From: Leidyana gryllorum EB-2025a
Taxonomy: Eukaryota > Protista > Apicomplexa
DNA length: 42,473 nucleotides
NCBI GenBank assembly: GCA_048772705.1
Contig: JBLWGC010000079.1
Location: forward strand, 1 to 42,473
Direction of reading: 5' to 3'
Shown piece by piece: positions 38,251-42,473 of the stretch; the first letter of the stretch is position 1, and every line of letters starts with the position of its first letter. The position numbers were made by a program, and so were the translations under genes. The notes under the pieces are model-generated. The model saw only the letters and a list, made by a program, of their open reading frames with translations, had not been told where the DNA came from and ran no database searches.

Positions 38251-38332
38251 GGCAACTTGCCCGAGTGGTTAAGGGGGTAGACTAGAAATCTACTGGGCCT
38301 GGCCCGCGCTGGTTCAAATCCAGCAGTTGTCG
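38251..38332 (+). tRNA. trnS: tRNA-Ser(AGA)
   Basis: Intact. Confidence 0.94.
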
Positions 38333-38531
38333 TGCGATGTGATCGGGCATCAACTCCCTTCGGTCGTGACTCTGTTTTCATATACCGCGGGTGCAGCCGT
38401 TAGAAGCTTGGACGACCTGGGCATTGATCCTAGTATCTCTCGAATGTTAAGCTAGTGCTATATCGTTTGAGCTAGTCGCCCGCTGTGCAGACCCCATAGC
38501 ATTTAGTGGTTCTTGACACCACCGACCAGTC

Positions 38532-38603
38532 GGCTGTTTGGTCTAGTGGTATGATCCTTCCTTAGGGTGGAAGGAGTCCTGGGTTCGCTTCCCAGAACAG
38601 CCC
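38532..38603 (+). tRNA. trnP: tRNA-Pro(AGG), A58>C
   Basis: TTAGGGT loop. Confidence 0.8.
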
Positions 38604-38774
38604 TTCTGCTAGGCTCTGACGAGTGTCTGGGAGAGTTGATACCCCTGTCTCAAATAAGATAAGAAGTCTTTGGAACTCCGCCTACCACGTCCACTTGACA
38701 ACTGCTGAATCGAACCAGCGGGGCCAGACGATATCACCGACTCAGGCGTCGCAGACAGTGAGGCTGTGGATTGT

Positions 38775-38870
38775 GCGGTGGTGGCGCAATGGATAGCGCG
38801 TTGCCCTCCTAAGGCAAAGGTTGAGGGTTCGAGTCCCTCCTGCGTGCCTTCCTGCGTGCCTTCCTGCGTG
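38775..38870 (+). pseudogene. trnR: tRNA-Arg(CCT) with 3' acceptor strand replaced by a (TCCTGCGTGCCT) repeat
   Basis: CTCCTAA loop followed by ~3 copies of the 12-mer. Confidence 0.82.
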
Positions 38871-38935
38871 CAAAGTGGAGCAGGAGATTGGTCATACCAT
38901 GTAAAAAGAACTGGATGTACTGGGGTTTGCAGAAT

Positions 38936-39008
38936 GGGCGACCAGCTCAAATGGTAGAGCGCTCGCTTAGCATGCGAGAGGTACTGGGATCGATGCCCAG
39001 GTCGTCCA
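38936..39008 (+). tRNA. trnA: tRNA-Ala(AGC), U8>C
   Basis: TTAGCAT loop. Confidence 0.82.
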
Positions 39009-39060
39009 AAGTACGTACGGCTGCACGTGGCGGGATCCAAACCACCTTACATCTTTGAAG

Positions 39061-39188
39061 GGTCGCAGACCACAAGTGCCATTGGGAGAGCAGCGCAGTC
39101 AATGTTTAGGGTGCCTCTGAAAGCGGTCGCAGACCACAAGTGCCATTGGGAGAGCAGCGCAGTCAATGTTTAGGGTGCCTCTGAAAGC
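39061..39188 (+). repeat. Perfect 64-bp tandem duplication bounded by GGTC microhomology
   Basis: 39061-39124 equals 39125-39188. Confidence 0.95.
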
Positions 39189-39259
39189 GGTCCTCGCAGG
39201 TTTCGAATCTGCGACTTTGTGGTTAACAGCCACACGCTATGCCGACTGAGCTACAAGAC
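39187..39259 (-). pseudogene. trnN: tRNA-Asn(GTT), degenerate
   Basis: CTGTTAA loop. Confidence 0.78.
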
Positions 39260-39377
39260 CCAGCTACAATGTTTCAGAGGATAATATAGAGACCCTCCTC
39301 TTTCTAGCGCAGGATTCTGCAACCCTTTGTGGTCAGGAATGTTGGTTTAACATCTTCCAGCGTTTCATCTCAACTTC

Positions 39378-39449
39378 ACGACACGCGCGAATTTGAACCA
39401 CGGACTTGCTGATCTGCAGTCAACTGCTCTACCACTGAGTTACGTACCC
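39378..39449 (-). pseudogene. trnC: tRNA-Cys(GCA), degenerate
   Basis: CTGCAGA loop; acceptor 3' strand mutated. Confidence 0.78.
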
Positions 39450-39609
39450 ACGAGCTGCCTCTCATACTCGCTCAACTTGACCCCGTCTTCTCATTCGAAG
39501 CAAAACGGCCGTTATTGTGTACGAGCTCCAACAACAAGGTGTTACGCATCTGTGGTGTGGAAGAGTCTCTGGCTCCCATCGAGATAACCCGTGGTTCCGA
39601 TTCCAACCG

Positions 39610-39682
39610 TGGGAGTGGAGAGGATCGAACTCTCGACTTCAGGATTATGAGACCTACGCGCTACCGACTGCGCTACACTCCC
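39610..39682 (-). tRNA. trnM: Elongator tRNA-Met(CAT)
   Basis: GGGAGTG/CACTCCC acceptor; U31-U39; no intron. Confidence 0.94.
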
Positions 39683-39815
39683 CAATGGAATTTCTCTCGA
39701 TGTATCTCCTCCTGTCAAAAGGGTGCACGGGGATGCTGTCCACAACAAGGACAGCCAGCTGAGACAAAAACTGAGTTGCAGCAATTGTGAGGGGCTGGAA
39801 CCCGAGCGCTCGCCC

Positions 39816-39888
39816 TGACGCTACTAGGACTCGAACCCAGAATCCCCGGTTCCGTAGACCGATTCCATATCCATTAGGCCATAGCGCC
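39816..39888 (-). tRNA. trnR: tRNA-Arg(ACG)
   Basis: CTACGGA loop; D-stem mismatch. Confidence 0.82.
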
Positions 39889-40121
39889 GACTAGCGGAGC
39901 CGTCAAATGGAAGTGTGTAGCGATCAAGACAGGACATGGGCAGCTACGCCCGATGGCGGGTCTGGACAGACTTCACCCACATCTCCCATTCGAGACATCG
40001 GGGACATACTATCCAAGCCAGGATTCGGGCCTGGGTATGCACGGCCACAACTTGCTGAGGCTGGTGGGTACCAAAGCCACTTTAGTTGTCAGGCTATCGG
40101 GCTTTGTGTCCTTGCTTTCTT

Positions 40122-40194
40122 GCCCCCCTAGCTCAGTCGGTAGAGCGCAAGGCTCTTAATCTTGTAGTCGCGGGTTCGAGCCCGGCGGGCGGTG
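40122..40194 (+). tRNA. trnK: tRNA-Lys(CTT), two mismatches
   Basis: CAAGG-CTCTTAA-TCTTG arm. Confidence 0.8.
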
Positions 40195-40253
40195 TGGATC
40201 TATCTCCTAAAAGTAAGAATGGAACTGTTGCCCACAAGCACACTCAGCTGGAT

Positions 40254-40326
40254 TTCCACTGCCGAGACTTGAACCCGGATCGTGCGGGTGAGAGCGGAAT
40301 TTCCTAGCCTCTTAGACTACAGTGGA
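40254..40326 (-). pseudogene. trnE: tRNA-Glu(CTC), degenerate
   Basis: Anticodon stem broken. Confidence 0.78.
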
Positions 40327-40591
40327 CAAGTGCCCGAGTTGAAGCTTTGGGGAGAGCCGTGCCATCTTGAGATGACGTGTTTTGCCGAGTCAGCCAACAA
40401 CAAAGCGCGCTGTTCTGGGAATCGAACTCAGGACTTCTTCCACCCGAAGGAAGAATCATACCACTAGACCAAACAGCCGGTGCATCAGACAGTACAATTG
40501 ACTTGGTAGACCGTCCAGTGTGGAGCGAGTTCGAGTCGGGCAGAAAGCTCACTTCAATCATTGAAGCAGTTGCGCTCTCCCCGAATGGTAC

Positions 40592-40673
40592 CGACAAGGG
40601 TGAGATTCGAATTCACGCGGGTAAAACCCAACGGCTTAGCAGGCCGCCGCCTTAACCGCTCGGCCACCTTGCC
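40592..40673 (-). tRNA. trnS: tRNA-Ser(GCT), T-stem variant
   Basis: CTGCTAA loop. Confidence 0.8.
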
Positions 40674-41112
40674 GCGACTGTAACTGATTACACCTTCCCT
40701 CGGGCACCCCGTGCGAACTGTTGTAGGAAGAGGAGGGTCTCTCTACTAACTTCTGAAACATTGTAAGGGGTCTTGTAGCTCAGGCGGCAGAGGGTGTGGC
40801 TGTTAACGGCAAAGTCGCAGGCTCGGAACCTGCCAGGAGCGACTGCGCTGCTCGCAATGGCAATTGTGGTCTGCGACCCTTCAAAGATGGTGAGATCCCG
40901 GCACGTGCATCCGTACGTACTTTGGACGACCTGCGCATCGATCCCAGTATCTCTCGCACGCTAAGCGTAGCGAGCTACCATTTGAGCTAGTCGCCCATTT
41001 AGCAAACCCCAGTACATCCATTTCTTTTTTACATGGTATGACCAATCTCCCAACTGCATCAATCACTTTCACCTGTTTGTGCTCCACTTTGCACAAACGA
41101 AGGCACGCAGGA

Positions 41113-41185
41113 AACGGCTAGAGGGACTCGAACCCTCAACCTTTGCCTTAGGAGGGCAACGCGCTGTCCATTGCGCCACAACCGC
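41113..41185 (-). tRNA. trnR: tRNA-Arg(CCT)
   Basis: Copy of 35131-35203. Confidence 0.88.
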
Positions 41186-41283
41186 ATTCGGGACGCATCC
41201 GACTTTTGAGTGGGACAGAACCGGCTGCCCAAGGTGTCTCCTCTTTCACCCAACCAGTATCGAGATGACCGAAGCCTATCCAT

Positions 41284-41356
41284 GGTGCGGTGGCCTAATG
41301 GATAGGGCATCAGTCTTCGGAACCGGGAGTTGTGGGTTCGAGTCCCATCCGCATCA
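41284..41356 (+). tRNA. trnR: tRNA-Arg(TCG), anticodon-stem mismatch
   Basis: CTTCGGA loop. Confidence 0.83.
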
Positions 41357-41555
41357 TAGCCTCTCACTCGGAAGACGTTCCGTTTCGACCGAGGCAAGCT
41401 TGCTAGCTGCATGGGAGCCGCTGCCCCGCATGTCGAGTTGAAGTGCTAGTGGTATCAGTTTCCTTCGTCCGTGAAAGTGCTCGATTCGATCCGCAGACAG
41501 CTGGAAGTAGAAATTGCCCGATTTTCTCTCGGGGTGCTGCAGATCTTTCGCAATT

Positions 41556-41625
41556 GCACTTGTGGTCTAAGGTAAGATGCGACCCTTCCAAGGTCGTAAC
41601 CCGGGTTCGAGTCCCGGCAGGTGCA
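41556..41625 (+). tRNA. trnG: tRNA-Gly(TCC)
   Basis: CGACC-CTTCCAA-GGTCG arm; GCACTTG/CAGGTGC acceptor. Confidence 0.9.
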
Positions 41626-41696
41626 GCCGTATGTAGCTCGAACGACCTGTCTATAGGTGAAGAGAGGGACGACTCAATACAATACAATACAACGGT

Positions 41697-41776
41697 TGAC
41701 AAGAGTGGGATTCGAACCCACGCCCTTTCGGACTACGGACTTAACACAGCGCCTTAGACCACTCGGCCATCTTGAC
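41697..41776 (-). tRNA. trnL: tRNA-Leu(AAG), variant
   Basis: TTAAGTC loop; mismatches. Confidence 0.78.
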
Positions 41777-41871
41777 GGAGCGCCCTTGGCTCGCCACTTT
41801 ACACGCTTTCTGTCTGTGAAGTCTCGAGAACGGAGGACTTTTGGGGTTGAAGGCCGGAGTATCCACGAGCG

Positions 41872-41943
41872 TCCGAGATAGTATAGTGCTTAGTATTTCC
41901 GCCTCTCACTCGGAAGACCCGGGTTCGATTCCCGGTCTCGGAG
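41872..41943 (+). pseudogene. tRNA-Asp body with CTC anticodon
   Basis: Copy of 7667-7738. Confidence 0.8.
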
Positions 41944-41996
41944 ACACTTCGTTCTTCCGCTTTAGATTTCGTGGTGCTCACCTGACAAACGCGAGT

Positions 41997-42069
41997 TACA
42001 GCCACCGAGGATCGAACTCGGGACCTTCTGCGTGTTAAGCAGACGTCGTGACCACTAGACCATGGCTGC
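41997..42069 (-). tRNA. trnV: tRNA-Val(AAC)
   Basis: Intact. Confidence 0.92.
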
Positions 42070-42132
42070 AGCGAAGGTCCCGCAGACCAAGAGAAGTGGC
42101 GAGGTTTCACGGATAAGTGGAGACCAGCCTCG

Positions 42133-42204
42133 AGGTCGCCCCGGGAATCGGAGCTAGGTCGCGAGATTTAGAGTCTCCAGTGCTAACCACTACACCAAGT
42201 AACC
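42133..42204 (-). pseudogene. tRNA-Gln body with CTA (amber) anticodon, degenerate
   Basis: Copy of 7928-7999. Confidence 0.82.
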
Positions 42205-42473
42205 GATCCAGTCCTTCCCAAAAAAGAGTTGATAGAGCCATCCGGACTAGCCCTCCTCAACTGGGCACATGCAACACACATCTCTCTACTGACCTTTGAA
42301 ATAATGTAACTGACTCTTGTATCTTAGTCGGCAGAGTGTGTCATTGTAACATACAAACTCGGAAATCCGGGCTCTGAGGCAACCTTCACACATACTGCGA
42401 TGCCCAGGTCTGTCCAATCGTTACAGGGCACAATTATCTCAGCTCGGGAAATAAATAGCGGCAGGTGCAGCCG

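Larger units (their letters stand above)
1..42473. repeat. Rearranged eukaryotic tRNA gene/pseudogene super-array (all 20 amino acids, both strands)
   Basis: Continuous succession of cloverleaf sequences with A-box/B-box motifs and recurring homologous spacers; interrupted only by the solo LTR. Confidence 0.98.
41697..42473 (+). repeat. Direct duplicate of ~7493-8268 (inverted copy ~21240-21800)
   Basis: Shared diagnostic lesions (Gln-CTA in all three copies; Asp-CTC in the two direct copies). Confidence 0.93.

Noticed and set aside
115-42299. All six-frame ORFs (60-164 aa)
   Set aside because: They overlap tRNA genes and translate tRNA motifs (GIEPG, GSIPG, VGFEPT); they recur only because the DNA is duplicated and show no protein-like features
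1-42473. CRISPR array or bacterial/phage tRNA array
   Set aside because: The repeats are 70-82-nt cloverleafs in mixed orientation with homologous rather than unique spacers, and they have eukaryotic features and no encoded CCA

Overview
The whole 42.5 kb window is a dense, non-coding array of eukaryotic nuclear tRNA genes and tRNA pseudogenes on both strands. By hand I count roughly 240 tRNA-derived units, about one per 180 bp, of which some 60-70 look intact or near-intact. Together they cover all 20 amino acids, both initiator and elongator Met, and nearly the full eukaryotic anticodon set; I found no Ile-UAU, intact Leu-CAA or Sec. Eukaryotic hallmarks are A34 (inosine) anticodons, an initiator Met with A1-U72 and a GATCGAAA T-loop, Ala with A54, no encoded CCA, no encoded His G-1, and an intron-containing Tyr. 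The array is not a simple tandem repeat. It is a mosaic of one recurring gene order, reshuffled by direct, tandem and inverted segmental duplications whose breakpoints often fall inside tRNA genes, and equivalent slots carry different wobble anticodons on near-identical bodies. Notable details are a 7-nt tRNA-Tyr intron, degenerate Gln-body copies with an amber (CUA) anticodon, a near-intact Ser body with an Asn (GUU) anticodon, chimeric tRNAs, and one 602-bp solo LTR with a 5-bp TSD. None of the six-frame ORFs is credible. Coordinates were read by eye (about +/-2 nt) and many small fragments are not listed individually.
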